Source of the DNA: an uncultured Bacteroidales bacterium | Lineage (GTDB): Bacteria; Bacteroidota; Bacteroidia; Bacteroidales; VadinHA17 | Reading direction: 5' to 3' | Length of the DNA stretch: 64,000 bases | Assembly (NCBI GenBank): GCA_963815075.1 | Contig: CAWFFK010000006.1 | Span: 261,258-325,257 of the forward strand | In this document: in pieces, positions 27,009-37,404 of the stretch | Position numbering within the stretch: the stretch's first letter is position 1 | Layout of the letters: each line of letters begins with the position of its first letter | Program-made: the position numbers and the translations under genes | The notes under the pieces: model-generated | Database searches by the model: none | What the model saw: only the letters and a program-made list of their open reading frames with translations | What the model was told of the DNA's origin: nothing

Positions 27009-27428
27009 ATGAGTAACGAATATCTGTGCAAAGTATGCAGGGGCCATCTTAAAGTAAAAACATCAATTGTCCTTGCTGCAACAAACCTTAAGGATCGTTC
27101 CGAGAAGGGATTAATATTTCTGAACCCAGAGATAGGGAACTATACTATTACAACTCATCCGTCATTTAAGATAACAGAGGGTGAAGAGTATATTTATACA
27201 TGTCCGATATGCTCAGCGCAGTTAAATAGCATGAAATATCTGCATCTGGTAAGAATAATAATGATAGATGAGAAAGGGAAAGAGTACAATATTTACTTTT
27301 CCGGGATAGCCGGAGAGGAATGTACTTTCAAGATCCGGGGAAACAAGATTGAGGAAAAGACAGGGCACGATGTAAAAATTTACAACAAATATTTTGAGGT
27401 ACCGGAAGAAGACCGTAAGTATTTATAA
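27009..27428 (+). CDS. hypothetical zinc-ribbon protein
   Basis: 139 aa. Two CxxC pairs (CKVCRGH and CPICSAQ). Preceded by a perfect AGGAGG at 26997-27002, 6 nt before the ATG. Confidence 0.45.
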   Translation: MSNEYLCKVCRGHLKVKTSIVLAATNLKDRSEKGLIFLNPEIGNYTITTHPSFKITEGEEYIYTCPICSAQLNSMKYLHLVRIIMIDEKGKEYNIYFSGIAGEECTFKIRGNKIEEKTGHDVKIYNKYFEVPEEDRKYL

Positions 27429-27430
27429 AT

Positions 27431-29530
27431 TCATATTTTATTCTGACCATTATCCAGAGGTACCCACACTTCCACTCTTGTGCCTTCAGGATGGCCTGTA
27501 TCATTATACAAGTCGGTAATGTTATGTTTAATAGGCTTTTTATTGATCTGATTCAGAATATCATAAAATTCTCCGTTAATTTTTAATCCTTTCCCTGTTG
27601 AAGTGCTGTGACCCGAAGCTGCTTCTCTGCCAATACCATTATCCTCAATGGTTAACTTAAGGTAATCATTCTCCTTTTCAATTCTGATCTTAAGTACCCC
27701 TCCCTCGGCTTTCGGCATTATCCCGTGTTTAATGGCATTCTCGGCAAAGGTCTGCAGTACCAGTTTTGGCACCTGTTCCTTCTGGTTAACCTTCTCTCCT
27801 ATCTCAATTTCATATCTTAATTTCTCTCCAAAACGCAGTTTTTCAAGATCAAGATATGTTGTCAGAAAATCAAGCTCTTCACCTAAACTCCTGTAAATTC
27901 GTTCTGCATCATTCAGCATGCCTCTAAGCAGTTCGGTAAATTTGATCATATAATCATAGGCTGCCTGGCGCTCTTCAAGATATATAAACGAGGCGATCGA
28001 ATTCAGAGTATTGAAGGTGAAATGAGGATCAAGCTGGGTTTTAATACCTTGCAGCTGAAGAGTGATAAGTCTTTGTTTCAGACTCTCTTTTTGTACAACC
28101 TGCAACGTATTAATCCTTTTTATCAGGAGAATGAACATGAAAAACAAAAAATAAATGCCTGGATATGCAAGGTAACCAAGGTAATAAAAGTCTTTGCGGT
28201 TTAAGGTCAGGAAATATCCGTATTCCCCTCCTGTATTAAGAAATAATTTATTCTTATGATCCTTTGATGAATAATGAGAAAACCTGAATAGTTCTTTAGT
28301 TGCTTTAATTTTCGTCTCGGCAACTTTTTGAAGATTTGCATTATACATGACCATTTTTTCTTCATCCGGATAATGAAGAAATAATTCATCTTCACCGTCA
28401 AAATCAATATCTGCTTTGTAAATATTGAACCAGGAATTGAGTGGAGAAGTGACTCTGTTTTTGATTTCCAGTCTGTCATTTAGCTCAATAATAAGATTGG
28501 AAGAGAAAAGATAAATTTTGTCAACGTTTTTGTATTTTAAAACTATCAGATGGATTTCGCCTCTTAAGCCCATATCGAAGATCTGTCTTTCTCTGATCTT
28601 TTCACCATCTAAAGAATAAAACATAATTCTCGGTTCAAGTAATGATGTATCTGCTGCCCCTGTTACATAGGATACTACATACCCCTTAAATTCTCCTTTT
28701 GAATAGGCTTCTGTTTCCAACCGGCTGGTAATTCCCGGAAACTCAACAGGTGGAAATTTAAATTTCAGACTATCATCATATATCATCAGCCAGCCGCTCC
28801 AGTCACAAAAGGGATACCATGTTTTGGTATTTCCTCCTGCACCATTTATTCCAAAAATTTCCCGTCTTCCATCTCCGTTGGCATCAACCATCTTTGGGTA
28901 TTGAATGTTCACTCCGGTCAGCTGACTTGATTTTAATTTCCTGTTAACGATATCATAAGAATAGAGATTTCGAGGGTCAACACCAAAACCCGTAAAAATG
29001 CCGAAATAAAGTTCATCCTTCCCGTCACCGTTCGTATCATAAAAGCCTGCCGGCCATACACTGGAGGTTATCACTTTATTTATAACCCTGATTTTTGTAA
29101 TGAATATATGATTTGATTTTATCCCTTTGGGATCAAAAAACTCATTAACATTAAGGAAAAGCGAATCGTCCCTGAAAGTAAAAATATAAATTTCCTTATA
29201 CCGGTCATGATCAAAATTTCCAAAGAAAAAATCTGACATATTCAGATCCATACTGTCCGGCAGATTCCACTGATCATACACCTGCATATCATTATTCATA
29301 ACAATGATATGGTAATAAGGAACACCTTTCCCTGTATGGACAATTTCCGAAATGGAGTCTGAGTTCAGATCCTCATAAACATTTATGGATCTGGTTTTAT
29401 CCACAGGTTCAACAATCAATCTGGATTTAGTCCCAAAAGGCGGGAGAAAAAAAATTATCAGAACCGCAGGGATTAAGGCAAGAAACCATGAAGAATACAG
29501 GATTCTTTTCAGGAATGAAAAACCTTTCAT
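27431..29530 (-). CDS. LytS/YehU-type sensor histidine kinase with a large FG-GAP/VCBS-like extracytoplasmic domain
   Basis: TM helix (WFLALIPAVLIIFFL). An exported region of about 430 aa with repeated D-x-N/D-G-D-G-x-x-E motifs (DTNGDGKDELYFG, DANGDGRREIFG, DIDFDGEDELFL). A second TM. His_kinase block QLDPHFTFNTLNSI and a HATPase_c domain. Confidence 0.8.
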   Translation of the reverse strand: MKGFSFLKRILYSSWFLALIPAVLIIFFLPPFGTKSRLIVEPVDKTRSINVYEDLNSDSISEIVHTGKGVPYYHIIVMNNDMQVYDQWNLPDSMDLNMSDFFFGNFDHDRYKEIYIFTFRDDSLFLNVNEFFDPKGIKSNHIFITKIRVINKVITSSVWPAGFYDTNGDGKDELYFGIFTGFGVDPRNLYSYDIVNRKLKSSQLTGVNIQYPKMVDANGDGRREIFGINGAGGNTKTWYPFCDWSGWLMIYDDSLKFKFPPVEFPGITSRLETEAYSKGEFKGYVVSYVTGAADTSLLEPRIMFYSLDGEKIRERQIFDMGLRGEIHLIVLKYKNVDKIYLFSSNLIIELNDRLEIKNRVTSPLNSWFNIYKADIDFDGEDELFLHYPDEEKMVMYNANLQKVAETKIKATKELFRFSHYSSKDHKNKLFLNTGGEYGYFLTLNRKDFYYLGYLAYPGIYFLFFMFILLIKRINTLQVVQKESLKQRLITLQLQGIKTQLDPHFTFNTLNSIASFIYLEERQAAYDYMIKFTELLRGMLNDAERIYRSLGEELDFLTTYLDLEKLRFGEKLRYEIEIGEKVNQKEQVPKLVLQTFAENAIKHGIMPKAEGGVLKIRIEKENDYLKLTIEDNGIGREAASGHSTSTGKGLKINGEFYDILNQINKKPIKHNITDLYNDTGHPEGTRVEVWVPLDNGQNKI

Positions 29531-29533
29531 AGA

Positions 29534-30274
29534 TTATATATTATCAAGATCTTTCATGTGCTGCCTTGGTACTTTAACTATCGCAGATTCCTCATTTCTC
29601 GACAATGTAACCGTACCCTCCCTGCGATCAAGAAGAGTGATGAATTCAAAATTTATTATCAGAGATCTACCTAATCTTATAAATGTTTTTCCAGGGAGCA
29701 TCTCAGCAACTTTTCCAAGATTCATGGAACATAAATGTTGCTTCTCTCCTGTACAGATAACAGTATAATTTCCATCAGCTTTACAATACAGGATTGAAGA
29801 AGGATTAATGAAAACGGTACCAGTTCGCGTATTTACACGGATTCTTGTTAACCCTTCTTCTTTTTGTATAACTTTTATTGAATTACTGGTCAGAAAATCT
29901 TCTTTTTTTCTTTCGTTAAATCTTACAATACATCGTTTCAGCTCTTTCCTGTTTACCGGTTTAAGAAGATAGTCAAAAGCCTGGCTTTTAATAGCTTTTA
30001 TGGCATATTGATCATAGGCAGTGACAAATACTATTTCAGCTTTATGATCTTCCTGTTTGACATCTTCTACAAATGCAAATCCGTCTTTTCCAGGCATCTT
30101 AATATCAAGAAAAATAATATCAGGTTCAAAATCAGATAATTCTGTTTTAGCAGAGACAGCGGAACCGGATACTCTTATTTGGCTGAAATAAAGTGTCTCC
30201 TCCAGCAGAGCTTTAAGCAATTTTCTGGCACTCTCTTCATCATCAACGATTAAAGCCCTTAGTTTTTGTTCCAT
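29534..30274 (-). CDS. LytR/AlgR-family response regulator (REC + LytTR DNA-binding domain)
   Basis: REC with DDEE..., phospho-acceptor FLDIKMPG and KPV. C-terminal LytTR domain (IRVNTRTG..ILYCKADGNYT...). The 3-nt gap to the kinase gene suggests an operon. Confidence 0.88.
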   Translation of the reverse strand: MEQKLRALIVDDEESARKLLKALLEETLYFSQIRVSGSAVSAKTELSDFEPDIIFLDIKMPGKDGFAFVEDVKQEDHKAEIVFVTAYDQYAIKAIKSQAFDYLLKPVNRKELKRCIVRFNERKKEDFLTSNSIKVIQKEEGLTRIRVNTRTGTVFINPSSILYCKADGNYTVICTGEKQHLCSMNLGKVAEMLPGKTFIRLGRSLIINFEFITLLDRREGTVTLSRNEESAIVKVPRQHMKDLDNI

Positions 30275-30366
30275 AGATCAGGAAGGTTAGACTTTGCATG
30301 TTAAATGTACGAAAAGATGTAATACATCAATTACTCCAATATGTTTTTTCTCTCGCCGAATAATTC

Positions 30367-30374
30367 TATTTTTG
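30367..30374 (+). promoter_or_regulatory. candidate -7 promoter box (TAnnTTTG) upstream of tkt
   Basis: TATTTTTG lies 35 nt upstream of the tkt ATG at 30409. This is a motif match only. Confidence 0.3.
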
Positions 30375-30408
30375 TTAGTATTAATGTTCCATAACAACAC
30401 ATATTCAA

Positions 30409-32451
30409 ATGACTATTGATATTAACCACAGAGCAGCAGACAATATTCGCATACTGGCGATGGCGATGGTAGAAAAGGCAAAATCGGGCCACCCGGGCGG
30501 TGCCATGGGAGGCGCCGATTATATTCATATACTTTTTTCAGAGTTTCTGAACTTCGACCCGGGGGATCCGACATGGATTAATCGCGACCGTTTTTTTCTT
30601 GATCCGGGTCACATGTCTCCGATGCTTTATTCTGTTCTTACCCTTACAGGACGGTTTACGATTGAAGAACTGAAAAATTTTCGCCAGTGGGGCAGTCCTA
30701 CCCCCGGTCATCCTGAGCTTGATATTCACAGGGGTATTGAGAATACTTCCGGACCTCTTGGACAGGGTCATACTATGGCCGTTGGAGCAGCTATTGCAGA
30801 GAGGTTTCTTGTCGCAAGGTTTGGGGAACTGTTTTCACATAAGATATTTACATACATTTCAGATGGTGGTGTTCAGGAAGAGATTTCACAGGGGGCCGGC
30901 CGACTTGCAGGTTTTCTTGGTCTCGGAAATCTGATCATGTTTTATGATTCGAATGATATCCAGCTTTCTACCGAAACAAAAGCAGTTACATCGGAAGACA
31001 CCGCCATGAAATATACCTCGTGGGGCTGGAATGTAATTAAGATTGACGGTAATGATCAGAACCAGATCAGAAACGCCCTTATCACGGCTATCAATCAAAA
31101 TGATAAACCCACCATTATAATTGGCAAGACAATAATGGGAAAAGGACTGCTTGATAATGAGGGGAAAAGCTTTGAGAGGAAGACATCTACCCATGGAATG
31201 CCAGTGACCGAAGCAGGAGGTTCTTTTGAAAAATCACTAGTCAGTTTGGGAGGCGACATCTCAGATCCATTCAAGATCTTTCCTGAGGTTACGAACCACT
31301 ATAATAAAGTACTTGAAGCCAAATCTCAAACAGCTTCAGAATGGAAAAGGAAAAAAGCTGAATGGGCCGCTGCCAACAGCGAACAAGATCAAAAGCTTAC
31401 CTCATTTTATTCTGGCTTAGTTCCTGAAATAAACTACAGGTCAATTGTCCAGAAGGAGGGATCAGCTACCAGGGCCGCATCATCAACCGTACTGGGTGTT
31501 TTGGCAAAAAATGTTGAGAATATGGTTGTTGCATCGGCCGACCTTTCTAACTCTGATAAAACGGATGGGTTCCTGAAAAATACTCACTCTTTTACCAGGG
31601 GTGATTTTACCGGTGCTTTCCTTCAGGCCGGTGTTTCAGAACTGACCATGGCTGCCATAATGAATGGAATTGCTCTTCATGGAGGCATTATTCCTGCATG
31701 CGGTACCTTCTTCGTTTTCTCAGATTTTATGAAACCGGCTGTAAGGCTGGCATGCCTGATGGGATTGCCGGTAAAATATATCTGGACACACGATGCTTTT
31801 AGAGTCGGCGAGGACGGGCCTACCCATCAACCTGTTGAACAGGAAGCACAGTTACGTCTTATGGAGCATCTGAAAAATCATCATGGTGAAAATAGCATGT
31901 TAGTCCTCCGTCCAGCCGATGCAGCAGAAACTACAGTCGCCTGGAAGATCGCTCTGGAAAATAAACGTACACCCACTGCACTGATCCTTTCACGACAAAA
32001 TATCAAAGATCTTCCATCTGCTACCAATGACAGGTATACTGATGCGCTGAAATCAGCAAGAGGCGCATATATTGTTCAGGATTGTATCGGCAAACCTGAT
32101 GTAATTCTTATAGCAAGTGGTTCCGAAGTTTCAACGCTTGTTGAAGGGGCTGTGCTTCTGAAAAATGACAATCTCAATGTAAGGATCATTTCCGCTCCGT
32201 CAGAAGGTTTATTCAGGAATCAGTCCGCAGATTACCGCAGATCAATTTTACCGGAGAACATTCCTGTATTTGGATTAACAGCTGGATTATCAGTTACATT
32301 ACAGGGACTCGTCGGTCCTTCAGGTGTTGTATGGGGTATGAACAGTTTCGGATATTCCGCCCCTTACAAGGTACTTGATGAAAAGCTTGGATTTACCGGG
32401 AAGAACGTTTATGCCCAGGTTAAAAATTACCTGTTGAATATCAGACCCTGA
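30409..32451 (+). CDS. tkt: transketolase
   Basis: SGHPGGAMG, the ThDP-binding GDG..EG region (ISDGGVQEEISQGA) and THDAFRVGEDGPTHQPVEQ. 680 aa. Confidence 0.93.
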   Translation: MTIDINHRAADNIRILAMAMVEKAKSGHPGGAMGGADYIHILFSEFLNFDPGDPTWINRDRFFLDPGHMSPMLYSVLTLTGRFTIEELKNFRQWGSPTPGHPELDIHRGIENTSGPLGQGHTMAVGAAIAERFLVARFGELFSHKIFTYISDGGVQEEISQGAGRLAGFLGLGNLIMFYDSNDIQLSTETKAVTSEDTAMKYTSWGWNVIKIDGNDQNQIRNALITAINQNDKPTIIIGKTIMGKGLLDNEGKSFERKTSTHGMPVTEAGGSFEKSLVSLGGDISDPFKIFPEVTNHYNKVLEAKSQTASEWKRKKAEWAAANSEQDQKLTSFYSGLVPEINYRSIVQKEGSATRAASSTVLGVLAKNVENMVVASADLSNSDKTDGFLKNTHSFTRGDFTGAFLQAGVSELTMAAIMNGIALHGGIIPACGTFFVFSDFMKPAVRLACLMGLPVKYIWTHDAFRVGEDGPTHQPVEQEAQLRLMEHLKNHHGENSMLVLRPADAAETTVAWKIALENKRTPTALILSRQNIKDLPSATNDRYTDALKSARGAYIVQDCIGKPDVILIASGSEVSTLVEGAVLLKNDNLNVRIISAPSEGLFRNQSADYRRSILPENIPVFGLTAGLSVTLQGLVGPSGVVWGMNSFGYSAPYKVLDEKLGFTGKNVYAQVKNYLLNIRP

Positions 32452-35400
32452 TAAACTTCGACATAGTCCCCAGTAAACTGCTTTTGCTTATTGGTTTGCT
32501 AAGATAATCATCGCATCCTGTTGCGAGAATTTTTTCCTCATCACCCAGCATTGCGTAAGCCGTTATGGCAATTATCGGAATATCCGCACTTATCATCCTT
32601 ATTTGCCTGATGGCTTCAATTCCGTTGATTCCCGGCATCTTTATATCCATAAGAATCAATATTATACCAGGATTTTTTTTGAACAATTCTATTGCTTCAT
32701 TCCCATTTGAAGCATGCAAAATATTATAATTGGTTTCATGAGTAATCAAGGCATTCAAATAAAAAAAGTTTGTTTCATCATCCTCCGCAATAAGTATTTG
32801 AGTCCCACTTTTATCTTTTCTGTGAAATTTCTCAGGTACATCCATTGGAATAATTACTGACCCGGTTTTTAACGGAACTAACAGGAAAAATGTTGACCCC
32901 ACTCCCATTTCGGATTTCAGGTTTATCTTTCCACCAATTAATTCTGACATACCTTTGGCTATCGACAATCCTAATCCGCTTCCTTCAGAATTTCTCAGGG
33001 GCCCGCGGTCCTCTTTTATAAAACGCTCGAAAATATTATCCCCCGATTCTGAACTAATTCCTATACCTGTGTCACTGACAAAGAATTCAAGATTTTTTTC
33101 GATTATTTGAAACCCATAAGATATTTTACCTTCTTCCGTAAATTTTATAGCATTATCAAGAAAATGAGAAATGATTTTTTTGAAAATTTCAGGATCTGAA
33201 TGAACGGATAAGGTCTCATGCTGGGCAGGAATGTCGAGGTTTAGCCCCAGATTTTTCTTTAAGCATGCCGAGTTATATTTATTAAACATGTCTCTGAGAA
33301 TCTGGGCCGGATAAAAGTCTTTATTTCGTAAAGATAAAGTTCCCGACGTCAGCAGGGAAATATCCATATAATTTGTAATTGTGTCCAGAAGCCTGTCACT
33401 GCTTTCAGCAAGCATCGATAATGAGTCCTTTCTGTCCTGTTCAGAAAGATCGCTTTTAGTAATTAATTCAGCAAAACCCAGGATACCGTTAAGTGGAGTA
33501 CGTACCTCGTGTGAAATATTATTTAAGAATGTTGTTTTCAGTTTATCTCCTGCTTCCGCTTTTAGCAATGCATCTTTTAGTTCTACGATTGCATTCTGAC
33601 GGTGAATTGACTGACTAATCTGATTAGCAATAAATTCCAGCATGTCTACGTCCCGGATATTATAAGCATTGGGAGTTTCATAATTCTGAACAACAAAGGC
33701 ACCATAAACCTTTTCTCCTATTGTTATAGGTACTCCAAGCCAGCATTCAGCAACTGTACCAACCATTTTTATTATTCCTGACTCAACCATTTTCAGTATG
33801 TCTTCTTTATTCAGGAGGACTGACTTATTGTGTTTAATTACATGCCACGTTAACGACTTTTCAGCCGGCCAGGTAACAAAATCATCCTTTTCATCATGTG
33901 TATAGGGAGATGACAGGTTTCTGGTTTTTTCATCATAAAAAGCCAAATAGAAATTTCGTGAGTCTATTATAGTTCCTATCTGTTTTTTTATGACCTCAAT
34001 TAGAATCCCAAGATCGTTCGTAGTTACGACAGTGCTTGAAATTATAAAAAGAGCCTTTTGTATCTGCTCCGATCGCTTTTTCTCAGAAATATCTTCCTTG
34101 ATTCCCAAAAAATGAGTTATCTCGTTTTTCTCATTTCTTATTGGAGAAATTGTGGCACTTTCCCAATATAATTCCCCATTCTTCTTTCTGTTATGGAATT
34201 CGCCTGACCAGTCATTTCCCTCTGTTATTGTTTCCCAGAGAATCCGGTATTCATTTTTCGTTTTTTCTCCTGAGCTTAAAATTCTCGGATTTTTCCCGAT
34301 TAAATCATCATGTGAATAACCTGTTATTTCGCACATTTTAGGGTTAACATATTCAATTACCCCATCAGTATTAGTAATCACGATTGAAGCGGGGCTTTGT
34401 TCAACAGCTCTTGAAAGTTTATGCAATTCTGTTTCAACCAGATGTCGTTCGGTAATATCCGTTATAGTGCCAATGTAACCACTAATATTACCGTCAGAAT
34501 GTTCAGGAATTGCATTACCCATAACCCAGCATATTGAACCGTCAGGTCTTAAGAACCTGTACTCAGCAAAGGAGTTCTTTTGTAAATCAACATCAGATGC
34601 CCAATTTTTTATTACAACTTCTTTGTCTTCAGGATGTACCGCTTTAAGCCAGCCAAATCCGGCGGCTTCAGCCGATGACAGGCCCGACAATTCCGTCCAT
34701 TTTGGATTGACATAGGTTGTATAACCGTCTTCCCTGGTTCTGAAAATTCCTACTGGTGCCGTCAATGCAAGTGTTTCAAAAAGCTGCTGACTTTCTCTCA
34801 GTGAATTCTCGACCTGTTTTTGACTGGTTACATCAGTTATAAAACCTTCCAGAAATTTAAGTTCACCGCTATCTGAAAATATCCCTTCACCTTTTCCCCA
34901 AACCCAGCATATTTCACTGGTCTTTTTTACGACCCTGTAAATAATCTGGAAATGCTTCCTTTCGCTCAAAGCTTTTTGAGTTTCATTCCAGACATATTCG
35001 CGATCGTCTTTATAAATTATATCATTAAATGAAACAACATTATTAAGAATAATTTCTTTTGGTGAGTAACCTGTAAGGTCCATGGTTCCGTCGCTCAGGA
35101 ACTCCATCGTCCAGTTTTTATCATTCCTGCACCTATATACTATTCCCTGGAGATTGCTTATTAGAGTATTAAGTGATCGGTGGCTCACTTCAAGCAGGTG
35201 TTCGGAGTCAAGTTTTTCCTTTTGCATTCTGACCTGCTCCAATGCTTCTTTAACTGCGAAGGGAAGCCGGGTCATATGTTCTTTAATAACGTAATCGGTA
35301 GCGCCAGCTTTCATACACTGTACAGCAATTTCCTCATTTGTTGAACCGGTAAAAAGAATGAATGGAATGGATGGATCAAATTCCCTGCAATCATTGAGCG

Positions 35401-35614
35401 CCTGTAATCCGTTGAAAGAAGGCATGATATAATCAGATATAATAATATCGGGGTGGAATTCTGAGAGAGAAGCAATAAATTCATCACGTGTATCGACCCT
35501 TTGATGTTCAAATTCAAGTCCTCCCTTACGCAATTCCATAACAGCCAGTTCAGCATCGGAAGGCAAATCCTCGGCAAACAATATTTTGAGTAATTTTTTT
35601 GACTCCATAATCAC
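32441..35614 (-). CDS. hybrid sensor histidine kinase/response regulator (REC-PAS x3-GAF-HisKA-HATPase-REC)
   Basis: N-terminal REC (DIIISDYIMP). Three PAS/PAC modules. A GAF domain. H-box ISHEVRTPLNGI. HATPase (GSGLGLSI). C-terminal REC (LILMDIKMPG). No TM segment seen. Confidence 0.88.
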   Translation of the reverse strand: MIMESKKLLKILFAEDLPSDAELAVMELRKGGLEFEHQRVDTRDEFIASLSEFHPDIIISDYIMPSFNGLQALNDCREFDPSIPFILFTGSTNEEIAVQCMKAGATDYVIKEHMTRLPFAVKEALEQVRMQKEKLDSEHLLEVSHRSLNTLISNLQGIVYRCRNDKNWTMEFLSDGTMDLTGYSPKEIILNNVVSFNDIIYKDDREYVWNETQKALSERKHFQIIYRVVKKTSEICWVWGKGEGIFSDSGELKFLEGFITDVTSQKQVENSLRESQQLFETLALTAPVGIFRTREDGYTTYVNPKWTELSGLSSAEAAGFGWLKAVHPEDKEVVIKNWASDVDLQKNSFAEYRFLRPDGSICWVMGNAIPEHSDGNISGYIGTITDITERHLVETELHKLSRAVEQSPASIVITNTDGVIEYVNPKMCEITGYSHDDLIGKNPRILSSGEKTKNEYRILWETITEGNDWSGEFHNRKKNGELYWESATISPIRNEKNEITHFLGIKEDISEKKRSEQIQKALFIISSTVVTTNDLGILIEVIKKQIGTIIDSRNFYLAFYDEKTRNLSSPYTHDEKDDFVTWPAEKSLTWHVIKHNKSVLLNKEDILKMVESGIIKMVGTVAECWLGVPITIGEKVYGAFVVQNYETPNAYNIRDVDMLEFIANQISQSIHRQNAIVELKDALLKAEAGDKLKTTFLNNISHEVRTPLNGILGFAELITKSDLSEQDRKDSLSMLAESSDRLLDTITNYMDISLLTSGTLSLRNKDFYPAQILRDMFNKYNSACLKKNLGLNLDIPAQHETLSVHSDPEIFKKIISHFLDNAIKFTEEGKISYGFQIIEKNLEFFVSDTGIGISSESGDNIFERFIKEDRGPLRNSEGSGLGLSIAKGMSELIGGKINLKSEMGVGSTFFLLVPLKTGSVIIPMDVPEKFHRKDKSGTQILIAEDDETNFFYLNALITHETNYNILHASNGNEAIELFKKNPGIILILMDIKMPGINGIEAIRQIRMISADIPIIAITAYAMLGDEEKILATGCDDYLSKPISKSSLLGTMSKFIRV

Positions 35615-35733
35615 TAGCCTACTTAATAATTATTCCTATTTAGTTATTATTATCATTTGATATTTATTTCTACCAGATCATTATTACACTTACCTCTGAT
35701 TCCATTTTTGTTATTTTTTTAATACATCATATA

Positions 35734-37335
35734 TCATAGATCGTTTACCGGTAAACTAAAATAAAATGTTGCTCCTTGCCCTTCTTCCCCGTTTGCCCAC
35801 ACTTCCCCCCCATGCCTGTGGATAATTCTCTGTACAATAGCCAGCCCTACACCTGTACCTTCAAATTCGTCTGATTTGTGCAACCTTTGAAAAACACCAA
35901 AAAGTTTATTCTTATACTCAGAATTAAATCCTACTCCATTATCGGAAATAGAATAAATATTAAATCCGTCTTTTAAAAAGCCCCTGATCGAAATTTCAGG
36001 ATTCTTTTTCTTTGATGAGAACTTCACCGCATTGGAGATCAGGTTAATCCATACCTGCTTCATATATGTAGGATCTGCAACAGCATCTGGCAACTCATCT
36101 ATACAAACCTTAATTTCCCTGAGCTTTTCATCTGCAACAGTTTCATTAAGCATAGAAATCACCATCTTTGTCATTTCAATCCTTGACGCTTTGTGTTCAC
36201 TCCGGCTGACTCTCGAAAGTGCGAGAATATCTGTTATTAACTGATCCATTTTTTGTGTATTCCCTCGTATCAGGTCAAGTAATTTTTTCCCATCCTGATC
36301 AAATTTAGATCCATAGTCCTCAAGTAAATATCTCGAAAAACCGGCAATTGCCCTCAAGGGAGCTCTGAGGTCATGTGAGACTGAAAAGGCAAATGCTTCC
36401 AGCTCATTATTAGCAGTTTCGAGCTGCTTTGTACGCTCCAATACTCTCTGCTCAAGTTCCGTATTAAGCTTACTGATCTGTTCTTCGACTTTACCTCTTT
36501 GCCCCATCTCCTCTCTTAGATCTTCGAGAAGTCCCGAAGTTTTGGCTTTGCTTATTTCCAATTCCGTGTTTGAGGCCTGAAGTCTTAGCTCGGCTTTCTT
36601 TTGATCAGTAACATCTATTGTGTATCCTGCAAGATACTTTGGAGTACCACTGATTATAATCGGGAATTTTATCGTAGTATAGTATCTTCCGTTTAATTCC
36701 TCATCAATAATTTTCAACCTGCCTTTCTTTAAAATTCTCTTGTCGTCGGCAATCATCTTCTTTGCCAGATCAGAGGGAAAAAGCTCGTCCATTGTTTTGC
36801 CAAGCAAGTCTTCGACGGATCTTCCAAGCATTCGCTCATAGTTTTTGCTCAGTCTTAATGAGCGGATCTCAGAATCTTTGAAAAAAACGTATATGGGGCT
36901 ATGCTCCATGAAATGGTCAAATATCTCTTCACTTTCATAAAATGCTTTTTCGGCAAGTTTATATTTTGTTATGTCCCTCGAAAAACCTAGTACCGAAGTT
37001 ATTTTCCCGTTTATATCATATTCAGCTGTTAACAACAGGTGCAACCAGATAAAACCGCCATTGGTTTCCCACTCAAACTGGTCATTAAACTGGTTGCCTG
37101 TTTCAAATACATTTCTGATCTTTTCCTCCATAAAATCACATTGCTGTGACTTGTAAATTCCTGATTCACGATGGGTTTTTCCGATTATATATCCTCTTTC
37201 AGACCCTACTGCCTGCAACCCCGTCCGGTTTATATACAAATACCTCAGATCACTGTCGTACCTGGTAATAAAGTCAGGGCTGTTTTCTACGATAGACAGG
37301 TAATCTGAATTGTTGCTGGTTGATATTTTATGCAT
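35734..37335 (-). CDS. cytoplasmic PAS-domain sensor histidine kinase
   Basis: Two PAS modules, a coiled-coil linker, H-box VSHDLRAPLRAI, and HATPase G-boxes (DNGVGF, GTGVGLAIV). Confidence 0.85.
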   Translation of the reverse strand: MHKISTSNNSDYLSIVENSPDFITRYDSDLRYLYINRTGLQAVGSERGYIIGKTHRESGIYKSQQCDFMEEKIRNVFETGNQFNDQFEWETNGGFIWLHLLLTAEYDINGKITSVLGFSRDITKYKLAEKAFYESEEIFDHFMEHSPIYVFFKDSEIRSLRLSKNYERMLGRSVEDLLGKTMDELFPSDLAKKMIADDKRILKKGRLKIIDEELNGRYYTTIKFPIIISGTPKYLAGYTIDVTDQKKAELRLQASNTELEISKAKTSGLLEDLREEMGQRGKVEEQISKLNTELEQRVLERTKQLETANNELEAFAFSVSHDLRAPLRAIAGFSRYLLEDYGSKFDQDGKKLLDLIRGNTQKMDQLITDILALSRVSRSEHKASRIEMTKMVISMLNETVADEKLREIKVCIDELPDAVADPTYMKQVWINLISNAVKFSSKKKNPEISIRGFLKDGFNIYSISDNGVGFNSEYKNKLFGVFQRLHKSDEFEGTGVGLAIVQRIIHRHGGEVWANGEEGQGATFYFSLPVNDL

Positions 37336-37404
37336 TAGTTAAGCTCATTTTTTATTTAGTATAATTCATTGGTAAAAATTGGATCCAAATCACAAATCCC
37401 GTAA

